Shown: positions 1-9,008, counted from the first letter of the stretch. The stretch: 64,000 bases of DNA from a virus (IMGVR_UViG_3300003322_000796:7081-71080), one strand, 5' to 3'. Numbers and translations are program-made. The notes: a model not told the origin generated them from the sequence alone.

Positions 1-17
1 GATTCTTGGGGTAGCGT
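1..17 (+). promoter_or_regulatory. 3' half of an early-type promoter, truncated by the window edge
   Basis: GATTCTTGGGG-TAGCGT matches the 3' half of the motifs at 6224 and 14418. Confidence 0.4.
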
Positions 18-55
18 GGTGGTCCGCCAGGGGGACGACCATCAGGAGGTCCGGC

Positions 56-352
56 GTGACGCTCTACCTCGCATCGAACACCATGCAGGTCATGGCCGTC
101 GTGTTCATGACGACCTGCTTGACCTTGAAGGCGCTGAAGATCATCGAGACCACCAGTCTCCTGGTGGCGGTGGCCATGGGATCAGTTCTCCTCGCCTGCT
201 CGGCCGTGCTGAACGAGGACCCTCTGATGGCCGCCGTAATGTTCGCGATCCACGCATTCAGCGCCACCCTCGTCACCCTCGTTACCCGGGACGGCACCTT
301 CTGGGGCCGTCTCTTCCCGATTCACCGGAGGAACCATGGGCGACAGCCCTGA
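56..352 (+). CDS. small hydrophobic membrane protein
   Basis: 98 aa ORF with several hydrophobic segments; overlaps the next gene; start uncertain. Confidence 0.6.
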   Translation: MTLYLASNTMQVMAVVFMTTCLTLKALKIIETTSLLVAVAMGSVLLACSAVLNEDPLMAAVMFAIHAFSATLVTLVTRDGTFWGRLFPIHRRNHGRQP

Positions 353-848
353 GAAGAAGTACCGCGTGCGCTACCAGGATGCGGAGCTGCCCGGTCCTAG
401 TTACACCCGCCCCATGACCCACAAGGAGGCCGTGGTGCGCAAGAAGATCATCGAGGGTGTTGCGGACCTCACGGCCGAGATCGTCGATGAGGACACGATC
501 GTGACGGAGGACGCCTCCTCGTTCCGCGTGGAGGGGGAGAACAAGATCTCGCCCGAGCAGATGCTCAAGGAGGCCGAGACCTACCGCGTGACCGCGCAGG
601 AGCGCGTGACCGAGGACGTGGACGCGTCCCTGGACGAGCCCGTGGAGGCGACCGAGGCCGAGGCGCCCCGTATCGACTCGTGGAGCCAGAAGCAGAACCG
701 GCACACCGCGCTCGACCACGCCATGAAGCTCGCCACGGTGCCGGTGGGCGGCTTCTCCGTCCAGACCGGCGGTCCCAGCGCCGAGCACGTCATCGAGAAC
801 GCCCGCAAGTTCCTGGCGTTCCTCAACGAGGAGGGCGCGGGTGCCTGA
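336..848 (+). CDS. hypothetical phage protein
   Basis: 170 aa; GGAGG RBS; GC3-rich codons; coupled to neighbours. Confidence 0.8.
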   Translation: MGDSPEKKYRVRYQDAELPGPSYTRPMTHKEAVVRKKIIEGVADLTAEIVDEDTIVTEDASSFRVEGENKISPEQMLKEAETYRVTAQERVTEDVDASLDEPVEATEAEAPRIDSWSQKQNRHTALDHAMKLATVPVGGFSVQTGGPSAEHVIENARKFLAFLNEEGAGA

Positions 849-1602
849 GGACAAGACTGTGGAGGTCCCGCTCCCCGAGGGGACGATCCCCGATCAGGAG
901 AGCGTGATCACCCAGGAGATCCCGGTGGCCCGTGAGCCCTTCCCGGAGATCCAGCTCGTGTCGCCGGTCAAGGTGGAGCTGCCGCCGCTCCATCTGATCA
1001 ACGACCCGATCATGACCATGGACGCGCCGGTCGCCGACAACACGCCCCTGTACGACCAGCTCAACCCTCCGCCGCTGCCCCCGCTGCCCCCGCGCCCCAG
1101 GCGCCGTATGAAGGCCGGGGACAAGTTCCTCGTGGCCGTCACCGTGGGAGCCGTGGGCATGGGCACCATGGCGTACGGGATGGTCTTCCTGGGCTGGGGC
1201 GCCGGGCCGGTTCCCGATGAGGATGAGGCCAAGCCTCACGTCTCCGTCGTGACCACCGACGAGCCCACGGTCCTGCCGACCACGGGGGTGCCCACGCACA
1301 GGGCACCGAGCAAGCCGCCGGTGAAGGTGGTGGCCGACCCCACCACGTACAGCCCCACCCCTGAGGCGAGTGTGGTCGTGATCACGCCCACTCCCGAGGC
1401 CTCCAGCGCCTCTGAGACGCCCGTGGAGACCAGCGAGGCTCCCGAGCCCTCGCCGACGCCCACGAAGCCCTCCACGCCCCCGCCGAGCCCCACGCCGACA
1501 CCGAGCAGCCCTACCCCCACGCCGACGCAGACGCAGAGCGCGTCCCCGTCGTTCAGCATCACCCTTCCCGCCAGCCCGACCGAGGAGAACCGCGATGAGT
1601 GA
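841..1602 (+). CDS. single-pass membrane protein with Pro/Thr/Ser-rich C-terminal tail
   Basis: Basic RRR followed by a TM helix (FLVAVTVGAVGMGTMAYGMVFLGW), then a PT/PS low-complexity tail. Confidence 0.85.
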   Translation: MPEDKTVEVPLPEGTIPDQESVITQEIPVAREPFPEIQLVSPVKVELPPLHLINDPIMTMDAPVADNTPLYDQLNPPPLPPLPPRPRRRMKAGDKFLVAVTVGAVGMGTMAYGMVFLGWGAGPVPDEDEAKPHVSVVTTDEPTVLPTTGVPTHRAPSKPPVKVVADPTTYSPTPEASVVVITPTPEASSASETPVETSEAPEPSPTPTKPSTPPPSPTPTPSSPTPTPTQTQSASPSFSITLPASPTEENRDE

Positions 1603-1957
1603 ACCCGGGATGATCACCCACCAGGATCCGGACGAGACCCCGGCCCAGAAGCGCATGGGGGAGCTGACCCGCGAGATCAAGGAGGCGCTGGTCACCAACG
1701 GCTACCCGGTCAGCGAGGCGCACGCCAAGGTGAGCGACTTCAAGGCGGCCGTCCTGGAGCGCATGTGGGAGGAGCTGAAGCCCGGCCAGGGGCATGTTCC
1801 GCCGGAGCTGGACCACTGGTGGACGTACAAGCGCCGTATCGCGTGGCTGTTCGGCTACGACAAGGCGATCGACGGGGTCTTCAAGGCGATGATGCGCCAG
1901 GAGAGCTGGAGCCGCGTTCTGCGCAAGCCCCGGAAGGTCGTTCCGCGTGAGCAGTGA
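1595..1957 (+). CDS. hypothetical protein
   Basis: 120 aa; RBS; overlaps both neighbours. Confidence 0.8.
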   Translation: MSEPGMITHQDPDETPAQKRMGELTREIKEALVTNGYPVSEAHAKVSDFKAAVLERMWEELKPGQGHVPPELDHWWTYKRRIAWLFGYDKAIDGVFKAMMRQESWSRVLRKPRKVVPREQ

Positions 1958-2234
1958 GCCCACCCGCCGGGAGAAGATCCTCATGGGCCTGCGCCTGGCC
2001 TTCGCCCTCACCGAGGAGGAGGCCGAGCACATGCTCAACATGCACGACACGGATGTGGCCCGTGCGATGCACGTGGAGATCAACGAGATGCCGGAGCCGA
2101 AGGTCTGGTCCGCCCCGCTGAAGTGGTGGCGCAAGGGCCGGGACGCTGCCCTGTCGGTGGTGACCCAGGACATCCTGAGGGTGTCCCTGCACGACCAGGA
2201 CCACTACGACCGGAAGGGACACAAGGTCTCATGA
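1947..2234 (+). CDS. hypothetical protein
   Basis: 95 aa; operon-style overlaps. Confidence 0.75.
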   Translation: MSSEPTRREKILMGLRLAFALTEEEAEHMLNMHDTDVARAMHVEINEMPEPKVWSAPLKWWRKGRDAALSVVTQDILRVSLHDQDHYDRKGHKVS

Positions 2235-2452
2235 ACCCCTACACGGACCGGATGGACGCCATCGCCCGCCTGCGCATGCAGAAGGCCGCGATCGAGGCCC
2301 AGATCGGTGACGAGATCGCCAAGGCCTGGCGCCTGGCGCCGGTGCAGAACTTCGCCGTGTTCGCCCAGAACCTGGGGCTGAGCGAGGTCGAGGTGCAGGG
2401 GATCCTGGAGGCCCGGGGCATCCGGGCGGTGAACAAGTCCTCCACGGTGTAG
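2231..2452 (+). CDS. small protein, possibly HTH-like
   Basis: ATGA overlap with the upstream stop; FAQNLGLSEVEVQGILE resembles a helix-turn-helix; start re-called at ATG 2231. Confidence 0.7.
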   Translation: MNPYTDRMDAIARLRMQKAAIEAQIGDEIAKAWRLAPVQNFAVFAQNLGLSEVEVQGILEARGIRAVNKSSTV

Positions 2453-2480
2453 TGATGTAAGGGCCGGGTAAGCGGTCATC

Positions 2481-2669
2481 ATGCTGACCATCTACCTGAT
2501 CCTGTACGTCCTGGGAGCCGTCCTGTTCCTGCTGGCCGCCTTCCTCGGGTGGGGATGGCGCACGCCGGACGGGGCCGCCCCACGGTTCGCCGGATGGGGC
2601 AACCTCGTGGCCTTCGGCCTGTTCTTCTGGATCCTCGTCGACCTCATCCGCACGGCACGTGCCCTGTAG
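2481..2669 (+). CDS. small two-TM membrane protein
   Basis: 62 aa with two hydrophobic helices; followed by a terminator. Confidence 0.75.
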   Translation: MLTIYLILYVLGAVLFLLAAFLGWGWRTPDGAAPRFAGWGNLVAFGLFFWILVDLIRTARAL

Positions 2670-2684
2670 GCGTACTGTCGTACT

Positions 2685-2724
2685 GAAAGCCCCTCGGCCC
2701 GTCCCCCGTGTTCGAGGGGCTTTC
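2685..2724 (+). terminator. intrinsic terminator hairpin
   Basis: GAAAGCCCCTCG...CGAGGGGCTTTC followed by a T-run. Confidence 0.75.
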
Positions 2725-2746
2725 GCGTTTTTAAAAACGAGTGAGC

Positions 2747-2775
2747 TTGACTCTCCAGGGATTGTTGGAGAGACT
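2747..2775 (+). promoter_or_regulatory. sigma70-type early promoter with an internal inverted repeat
   Basis: TTGACT-N17-GAGACT; spacer holds CTCTCCA-N8-TGGAGAG; near-identical copy at 6224. Confidence 0.7.
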
Positions 2776-2804
2776 GGGGCTTCCGCCAGAGACGAGGAGG
2801 CCTC

Positions 2805-3584
2805 ATGCCCCGAGACGAAGAAGAGCCGGTCCCGCTCGCGAGGATCATCCGCTCCCTCAACACCCTCCGCGACCGTCACGCCGAGTCGCTGAGCAAGATG
2901 GCGCTGGAGCACGAGAAGGAGATGAAGGAGCTGAGGGGCCGCTTCGATGCGGTGGACGAAGCTCTGCTCTCCCGGGACTGCCTCGTGGACGAGCTGGAGC
3001 GCGTGATTGCCACCCTGTGCACGCGCATCGAGCGGGTGCAGGTTCAGCTCCGGAACGACAACCAGAAGTGCGTGTACTCCGAGCCTCTGGAGCTGATGAA
3101 CCTCCTCGGCCGCTCGTACGACCCTTCTGCCCTGGTCGCCCAGGCCCGGGAGAAGGCGCGGGAGGCCAAGCGCCAGGAGCTGAAGCGCCAGGAGCAGGAG
3201 GCACGTAAGCCCTCGGAGCCGGTCAAGGACGAAGACCCCACGGTCGAGTGCGAGTGCGGGAAGACCTGGCCCGACGGCCGCATGCGCGTGGGCCACAACG
3301 ACATGGCCTGCTTCCGGGCCTGCCGGGTGTGCGGCCACCACGAGGACAGCCATGTGGAGGCGCTGCCCGAGGAGGGCGGACAGACGTACTGCCGCGACTG
3401 TTCCGGGACAGGCCCTGTCATCGCCAAGGACCATGTGTTCGACGGGGCGATCTGCGCCGACTGGGACCGCTGCCTGTGCGGGCACGACCGGCGCGAGCAC
3501 CGCACCTCCGGGCCCAACGGGGCGTACTGCCAGGTCTGCCGACCCGAGTACGGGCGTCACCACGAGTTCGCGCTGAAGCACTAG
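2805..3584 (+). CDS. coiled-coil protein with C-terminal Cys/His (Zn-binding-like) repeats
   Basis: N-terminal coiled coil; CRVCGHHEDSH, CLCGHDRREH, YCRDC and YCQVC motifs. Confidence 0.8.
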   Translation: MPRDEEEPVPLARIIRSLNTLRDRHAESLSKMALEHEKEMKELRGRFDAVDEALLSRDCLVDELERVIATLCTRIERVQVQLRNDNQKCVYSEPLELMNLLGRSYDPSALVAQAREKAREAKRQELKRQEQEARKPSEPVKDEDPTVECECGKTWPDGRMRVGHNDMACFRACRVCGHHEDSHVEALPEEGGQTYCRDCSGTGPVIAKDHVFDGAICADWDRCLCGHDRREHRTSGPNGAYCQVCRPEYGRHHEFALKH

Positions 3585-3594
3585 TATGGGAGGC

Positions 3595-3668
3595 TGCGCG
3601 GTAGAGCAGTTCGGTAGCTCGCTGGGCTCATAATCCAGAGGTCACGGGTTCAATTCCCGTCCGCGCTA
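3595..3668 (+). tRNA. tRNA-Met(CAT), initiator-like, CCA not encoded
   Basis: Cloverleaf: acceptor TGCGCGG/CCGCGCT with a 1:72 mismatch, D arm GAGC/GCTC (A11:U24), anticodon loop CTCATAA, T arm ACGGG-TTCAATT-CCCGT. Confidence 0.92.
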
Positions 3669-3675
3669 CTTCCAG

Positions 3676-3703
3676 GAGAGCCCCGGAGAGATCCGGGGCT
3701 CTC
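3676..3703 (+). terminator. terminator hairpin after the tRNA
   Basis: GAGAGCCCCGG-N6-CCGGGGCTCTC perfect stem. Confidence 0.75.
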
Positions 3704-3718
3704 TGTCGTCTCTGGGGC

Positions 3719-3748
3719 TTGTCTCCCCAACAATCCTTGTAGTAGTCT
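3719..3748 (+). promoter_or_regulatory. candidate sigma70-type promoter
   Basis: TTGTCT-N18-TAGTCT; spacer CCCCAACAATCCTTG resembles the reverse complement of the 2747 spacer. Confidence 0.5.
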
Positions 3749-3772
3749 TCACTTTGTCAGGAGCTGTAGCTG

Positions 3773-3973
3773 ATGACGTACGAGCCCTCCCTGCGTGTCC
3801 GCAGGGAGCAGCCCCACCTGGTAGCCAACCTGCTGGCCGCCGCGATCATCGCGGTCTGGGCCCTGGTGTTCGTGCTGTGGGAGCCCGGCCCGGCGGACCA
3901 CCCGAGCGTGGTCGTTCCGCCCCGAGTGCGCGTCTGTGAGGACCCGACCGTAGTGTCCGACCCCGACTGCTAG
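3773..3973 (+). CDS. small membrane protein
   Basis: 66 aa; one TM helix; AGGAG RBS. Confidence 0.7.
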   Translation: MTYEPSLRVRREQPHLVANLLAAAIIAVWALVFVLWEPGPADHPSVVVPPRVRVCEDPTVVSDPDC

Positions 3974-3981
3974 GAGGGCGC

Positions 3982-4758
3982 ATGCCCGACGAGATCCCGC
4001 CGAACGACATGACTCCGCTGGAGCGCATGACCGAACTCATGCCCTGGCTGGGATGGCTCCCCGAGAACGAGCGCCCCGAGGTGCTCACCGACCTGGTCAC
4101 GAGCGTCAAGAACTCGCTGGAGCTGGGCAACACTCTCCACGAGTCCATCGAGCGCATGGTGACCGAGCTGGCCGCCTGGAAGGCCACGGCCGAGGTCCAC
4201 GCGGACCCCGAGCTGTACGCGGCCCTGACGGCCCCTGTGCGACCCGAGGACCTCGTGGAGGCTCCCCGGCCTGTGGCGAAGGGCGCCAGGCGCTGTGGGG
4301 CGTCCCTGCCGCACGAGGACGCCGAGGACGGCTGGTACTGGTGCATCCTGCCGATGGGCCACAAGGGCGTGCACCACGAGGGCGACCCCTCGATCGGCTG
4401 GCACGACGGCGAGATCGTGGAGGTCTACTCCACGGACCTCGTCCGAGCCGTCCCCTCGCACATCCACGACTTCGTGGGCGACGAGGACACCTGCGTGGCC
4501 CAGCAGGGCTGCCAGCTCACCTGGGGCGGGAGCTGTGCCCAGGACACGAAGTGGGAGGCCGCCCAGAGGAGCGGAGTGCCGCTGGAGGACTGGGACACGC
4601 CGCTGTGCCCCTCGAACATCCCCGACCCGGACAAGGCCGACTCGGCCATCTGGTGCTTCCTGCCCGCCGGGCACGAGGGCGACCACCGCCGGGACGAGCA
4701 CACCTGGACCCCGGCCGACGCCGCCCGCCGCGCCTGGAAGGAGGGCGACGATGCCTAA
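3982..4758 (+). CDS. hypothetical protein with two C-x(n)-C-x3-GH-x-G-x-H modules
   Basis: WCILPMGHKGVH and WCFLPAGHEGDH; GGAGG RBS. Confidence 0.85.
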   Translation: MPDEIPPNDMTPLERMTELMPWLGWLPENERPEVLTDLVTSVKNSLELGNTLHESIERMVTELAAWKATAEVHADPELYAALTAPVRPEDLVEAPRPVAKGARRCGASLPHEDAEDGWYWCILPMGHKGVHHEGDPSIGWHDGEIVEVYSTDLVRAVPSHIHDFVGDEDTCVAQQGCQLTWGGSCAQDTKWEAAQRSGVPLEDWDTPLCPSNIPDPDKADSAIWCFLPAGHEGDHRRDEHTWTPADAARRAWKEGDDA

Positions 4759-5503
4759 GCCGCGCTGCACCGCCCGGTACCTCACGGACCTGGAGGAAGA
4801 GGGCTACACCTCCTGCTTCAAGACCAAGGGGCACAAGGGCGGCCACGTCTCCCTCAAGGGGAACCGCTGGTCGGACGACCATCCCCGCCACGCCTACGCC
4901 ACGATCGTCTCCGGTGCCCCGGACCAGCCGGAGTCCGCCGAGATGCTGGCCCAGGAGAACGAGGCCTTGCGCGAGGACGCCGAGGACTACAACAACCGGA
5001 TCGAGGACCTCAAGGGGCAGGTCGAGCGCCTGATCCAGGAGGTTGCCCAGGAGAAGGCCCGGCAGGACGCCTACGAGAGCGGCCTGATCTTCGAGCTGAA
5101 CGAGGCAGTCACCAACCTCACCGAGTACAAGGAGGGGCTGGAGCAGCGGGTGAAGGACCTGGAGGCCCTGATTGCCTCCATGCGCCTCAACGGTGCCCGG
5201 CACCACTTCGTGTTCGCGTACGACCGGCACATGGAGGAGGCGGGCAGGCGGCTCCAGTTCTGCCGCGACTGCGACAAGGAGAAGGAGCACCCGGCGCACT
5301 TCGCGCAGGGTTCGCGGTACCTGGACTCCCGTGAGGTCGAGAAGGCCGCCAGGGCGGCCCAGGAGCGCCTGTGCAACCTCCTGGTGGACGGGATGAAGCT
5401 CGGTCACATGACGGCCCTGAACACCGCCAGGGAGCTGCTCCAGGGCCTTCCGGGGATCGGGGACTTCCAGGCTGTTCCGGGCCGTCCTGAGGTGAGGGGA
5501 TGA
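4751..5503 (+). CDS. coiled-coil protein with an N-terminal C/H module
   Basis: Start re-called at ATG 4751 (MPKPRC); CFKTKGHKGGH; long coiled coil; CRDC. Confidence 0.8.
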   Translation: MPKPRCTARYLTDLEEEGYTSCFKTKGHKGGHVSLKGNRWSDDHPRHAYATIVSGAPDQPESAEMLAQENEALREDAEDYNNRIEDLKGQVERLIQEVAQEKARQDAYESGLIFELNEAVTNLTEYKEGLEQRVKDLEALIASMRLNGARHHFVFAYDRHMEEAGRRLQFCRDCDKEKEHPAHFAQGSRYLDSREVEKAARAAQERLCNLLVDGMKLGHMTALNTARELLQGLPGIGDFQAVPGRPEVRG

Positions 5504-5628
5504 AGGGCTGGACCATGACCATCTGGTCCTGCTTCTGCGGACGGCGGCACGCCATCTGGTGGAAGACCGTGCCGCCTCCGTCCTGCCCGTTGTGGAAGAA
5601 CCAGCCCAAGAGGAGGGCCGACTGGTGA
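5500..5628 (+). CDS. small Cys/Trp-rich protein (42 aa), not in the ORF track
   Basis: ATGA overlap upstream and GTGA overlap downstream; MKGWTMTIWSCFCGRRH... Confidence 0.5.
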   Translation: MKGWTMTIWSCFCGRRHAIWWKTVPPPSCPLWKNQPKRRADW

Positions 5629-6227
5629 ACGAAGAGAAGAAGGACGAGCAGACCCCGAAAGAGCAGCGTGAGGCGAAGCTCTACGAGCTGCTCACGCAGA
5701 AGTTCGTGGAGACCTGGTTCGCCTCCGGCGAGAACAAGTTCGAGAACGTCCTGACCCCGGCTATGGCCGCTCGGGCCGCCATCTCCGTGTTCGAGCCGCT
5801 CCTGAATGCCCTGGACGAGGTGGCCACGGCGGCTGACCGGCTGAACAAGACCCACGCCGACCTCGTGCAGGACAGTCCTGACCCGGGCTCAGAGGCCCTG
5901 GCGGCCGAGTGGGAGATGACCCGGCTCCTGAAGAAGCTCCGGTACTTCGAACCGCACGACTGGACGTACATCAGCCGCTTCTCGGCGACGCCCAGCGAGG
6001 TTCACAAGATCCTCAAAGACGGCCTGTGCGAGGACGTCTACCTGAACTACCAGCGGTTCATCTGCGAGGTGGCCCTGAACGGGGTGCTGGACGAGCAGCA
6101 CGAACGCGTGGAGGCCGAGTCGGGGGAGCCCGGCTGCTGGCACGACGGTGCGCACTCCGTCATCAAGCTCCTCGACCCGGCCAAGGAGGGCTTCCGCTTC
6201 CCGGCGGACCTCATCAACCCGGCTTGA
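5625..6227 (+). CDS. hypothetical protein
   Basis: Start re-called at GTG 5625 after an AGGAGG RBS. Confidence 0.8.
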   Translation: MNEEKKDEQTPKEQREAKLYELLTQKFVETWFASGENKFENVLTPAMAARAAISVFEPLLNALDEVATAADRLNKTHADLVQDSPDPGSEALAAEWEMTRLLKKLRYFEPHDWTYISRFSATPSEVHKILKDGLCEDVYLNYQRFICEVALNGVLDEQHERVEAESGEPGCWHDGAHSVIKLLDPAKEGFRFPADLINPA

Positions 6228-6252
6228 CACTCCAGGGATTCTTGGAGAGACT
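6224..6252 (+). promoter_or_regulatory. sigma70-type early promoter with an internal inverted repeat
   Basis: TTGACA-N17-GAGACT with CTCCA-GGGATTCT-TGGAG. Confidence 0.7.
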
Positions 6253-6297
6253 TACCCCGCACAACGTAATCCCGCCAGAAGACACCAGGAGCTGCCC

Positions 6298-6777
6298 ATG
6301 CAGAACCGCACTCGCTTCACCCTCTCGTACTCCGCCCTCGCCCTCGGCACCGCCGGACTGCTGGTGCTCACCGGCTGTAGCGGGGAGCCGTCGAAGACCT
6401 CCGGCCTCCTGGACGACGTGAAGTACGTCAAGGCCGTGAAGGCCGTCCCGGCCAAGACGCATCAGGTCTCCCAGAAGACGCCCGAGACCGTGTCGTACTG
6501 CAAGACCAAGAACAAGAACGGCTCCTGCAAGACGTGGGGCACGAAGAAGACCGGCCGCTACGTCACCTCCTACGTCACCGTCACCGACGCCCCGGGCAAG
6601 CCCGGCAAGAGCGCCATGTGGTGCGTGGAGTTGGACCGCGTCCAGGGGGACCAGGACCACAACGACCAGTGGTACGAGGTCTCCTGGAAGACCTACTCCA
6701 AGTGGGAGAACGAGATCGAGGGCACGAAGGTCACCGACATGGAGTACTTCCGCTCCCTGTCCAAGTGCAAGCACTGA
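6298..6777 (+). CDS. lipoprotein
   Basis: Signal peptide ending in the lipobox LTGC; start ATG 6298 after AGGAG. Confidence 0.8.
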   Translation: MQNRTRFTLSYSALALGTAGLLVLTGCSGEPSKTSGLLDDVKYVKAVKAVPAKTHQVSQKTPETVSYCKTKNKNGSCKTWGTKKTGRYVTSYVTVTDAPGKPGKSAMWCVELDRVQGDQDHNDQWYEVSWKTYSKWENEIEGTKVTDMEYFRSLSKCKH

Positions 6778-6845
6778 CCAGCCCGCCCGTGACCGGCCCC
6801 GCCTGCTCCCTGGGCGCGGGCCGGTCCTCGTCTGAAGGAGCCCGT

Positions 6846-7178
6846 ATGCAGCTCTCCCGCCAGCGGACGAACGTACTGATAGGCCTGGCCAACGGCCTGG
6901 GCCACAAGGAGCTGGCCAGCGCCATGCACCTGCGCAAGGCCACCATCGGCACGCACGTCCGCCTGACCTTCGCCGCTCTCGGGGTGAACGACCGGGGCCA
7001 CGCCGTGGCCGTTGGCTATGTCCGCAAGATCCTGCGGCCGGAGCATCTGATCCTCAAGGGCCAATGCACTGCCCGCCACGACCTGATCATCTGCCGGTGC
7101 GACTGCGGGCCCTGCTCGCGCGGTGCGCACCTGAGCCACATCGAGAGGCCGCTGTGGAATCTTCCCGACCAGAGCTGA
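6846..7178 (+). CDS. stand-alone LuxR/GerE-type HTH regulator
   Basis: LSRQRTNVLIGLANGLGHKELASAMHLRKATIGTHV...LGVNDRGHAVAVGY matches the LuxR HTH pattern; start ATG 6846. Confidence 0.8.
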   Translation: MQLSRQRTNVLIGLANGLGHKELASAMHLRKATIGTHVRLTFAALGVNDRGHAVAVGYVRKILRPEHLILKGQCTARHDLIICRCDCGPCSRGAHLSHIERPLWNLPDQS

Positions 7179-8119
7179 ACACCGACTCGGACCGGCTCTG
7201 CGCCATCATCGACTCGCTGCCCAAGGCGCACGAGATGATCGTCCGCGAATGGCCGGACGACTACCCCGGCAACTACCGCTCGTGGGCGGACAATGTCGGT
7301 CACCCGGTGAACGCCAAGGGCCGCTGCAAGACCTGCGGCAACGGCATCACGTGCCCCTTCGCGGCCTTCTGGGACGCCCTGGTGTCCTCGGTGGTCCGGG
7401 AGCTGGACAAGCGTTACCGCATCTCCCGGAGGGGCCCTGGGCGCCATCTGTGCGTCTGCACGGACTCCGTCTACAAGGGGCGTACGTGCCCGAGCCCGGA
7501 CAGCCGCAACGGATGCCCGCGCGAGGGGGAGTCCGGCAAGACCTTCCGCGAGCGCGTGATGGAGAAGTACGCCGACGCGCCCTGGGCCGAGGACCCCGCG
7601 CTGCTCCCCGACGAGGAGCCGGATCTCAGCCACGAGGACACGCTCTTCGTGTTCGGTTCGGCGCCCTCGTACCGCTGCTACGTCTCCCGGCACGAGGACT
7701 GCGAGGACGGCCCCGGCCAGCCCGAGGAGGGCTGCACCTGCGCCTGCCACGGAGGCCCGCGTGAGAGGCACTGCGGAGGTATCGGCGACCACGACCCGCA
7801 CGGCGAGTGCTGGGGGAGCGGCCCGTTCCGCAAGGACCGGCGCCGGGAGTGGCTGAAGGAGCGCCGCGAGGAAGCTGGTCTGGCCGACAGCGCCATCGCG
7901 GCGAAGTGCGCCCCGCTGAAGCCCGAGATCCGGGAGAAGCTCTTCGCCGAGCTGCGCCAGGAGAACGAGCCCCAGTTCGGCGTGCCGGGCTGCAAGTGCC
8001 GACCCTTCACGCATCAGGGCGAGTCGCGGTACCTCGACCGGCCGGGTGACACGGTGGACATGGTGAGCGGCTGGGAGACCAAGGGGTGCCCGCTGCACGA
8101 CAGGAAGAAGGACGCATGA
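7154..8119 (+). CDS. Cys/His-rich hypothetical protein
   Basis: CKTCG, CYVSRHEDC...CTCACH, CKC...CPLH; start re-called at GTG 7154. Confidence 0.75.
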   Translation: MESSRPELNTDSDRLCAIIDSLPKAHEMIVREWPDDYPGNYRSWADNVGHPVNAKGRCKTCGNGITCPFAAFWDALVSSVVRELDKRYRISRRGPGRHLCVCTDSVYKGRTCPSPDSRNGCPREGESGKTFRERVMEKYADAPWAEDPALLPDEEPDLSHEDTLFVFGSAPSYRCYVSRHEDCEDGPGQPEEGCTCACHGGPRERHCGGIGDHDPHGECWGSGPFRKDRRREWLKERREEAGLADSAIAAKCAPLKPEIREKLFAELRQENEPQFGVPGCKCRPFTHQGESRYLDRPGDTVDMVSGWETKGCPLHDRKKDA

Positions 8120-8829
8120 GCGAGATCGTTCTTGCCGAGGACGTGCGGGTGGAGCTGGTGAAGTCCAGCGCCTCGGACGACGACGTGATCTGGGCGGCCA
8201 GGGTCTCCACCCTTGGCGAGCAGGCGGCGATCGAGGTTCCCGAGGCCCGCCGGAAGGGCCTGATCCGCTACCTGATGAAGAACCGGCACGGGTCGCCCTT
8301 CGAGCACACCTCGATGACCTTCCGCATCAGCGGGCCGATCTTCGCCTTCCGGGAGTTCCACCGCCACAGGGTCGGCTGGAGCTACAACGAGGCCAGCGGC
8401 CGGTACATGGAGCTGGGGCCGCTGTTCTACGTCCCCAGCTCCGAGCGCAACCTGATCCAGGAGGGCAAGGCGGGCCACTACGTCTTCAAGCCGGGGTCGC
8501 TGGAGATGCACGCTGAGGTCGTCAAGGAGATGGACGAGGCCTACCGGTTCGCCTACGGCAAATACGTGCGCCTGCTGGACATCGGCACGGCCCGGGAGAT
8601 CGCCCGTGCCGTTCTGCCGGTAGGCCTGTTCTCGCACATGTACGCCACGTGCAACGCCCGCTCGCTCATGCACTTCCTCGGCCTGCGGACGATCAGCGAG
8701 GGGGCCACGTTCCCGTCCTTCCCGCAGCGCGAGATCGAGATGATCGCCGAGAAGATGGAGATCGAGTGGGCGCGGCACATGCCCATCACCTACGGGGCGT
8801 TCTGTGAGAACGGCCGAGTAAGCCCATGA
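8116..8829 (+). CDS. thyX: flavin-dependent thymidylate synthase
   Basis: AARVS, HGSPFEH and the RHRxxSxxxxSxRY signature; start ATG 8116. Confidence 0.96.
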   Translation: MSEIVLAEDVRVELVKSSASDDDVIWAARVSTLGEQAAIEVPEARRKGLIRYLMKNRHGSPFEHTSMTFRISGPIFAFREFHRHRVGWSYNEASGRYMELGPLFYVPSSERNLIQEGKAGHYVFKPGSLEMHAEVVKEMDEAYRFAYGKYVRLLDIGTAREIARAVLPVGLFSHMYATCNARSLMHFLGLRTISEGATFPSFPQREIEMIAEKMEIEWARHMPITYGAFCENGRVSP

Positions 8830-8975
8830 GCGCTGAAGAGAGGGAACGCGAATCAGTTCCCATGTCCCCTCAGTGCTGGGACGACAAGCACAACTCTTGC
8901 GGCCATTCCTGGTGTCAGTGCTCATGTCATGAGCGAGAAAGGCTCCGCAAGCTGATCGAGAGACGATCGAGGTAA
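8826..8975 (+). CDS. small protein (49 aa) with a C-x4-H-x2-C-x4-CxCxCH motif, not in the ORF track
   Basis: ATGA overlap with the thyX stop; CWDDKHNSCGHSWCQCSCH. Confidence 0.6.
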   Translation: MSAEERERESVPMSPQCWDDKHNSCGHSWCQCSCHERERLRKLIERRSR

Positions 8976-8979
8976 GCCC

Positions 8980-9008
8980 CTGACACTGTCAGGGCCCTGT
9001 AGTACAGT
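8980..9008 (+). promoter_or_regulatory. promoter with palindromic operator TGACA-N-TGTCA
   Basis: CTGACA-N17-TACAGT; palindrome CCCTGACA-C-TGTCAGGG overlaps the -35. Confidence 0.55.

Noticed and set aside
4295-4750. N-terminal extension of the 402-aa ORF 4295-5503, and similar over-long starts (6148, 6534, 9904, 46733, 55031)
   Set aside because: Extensions overlap upstream genes in another frame; downstream starts with RBS or stop-start coupling were chosen
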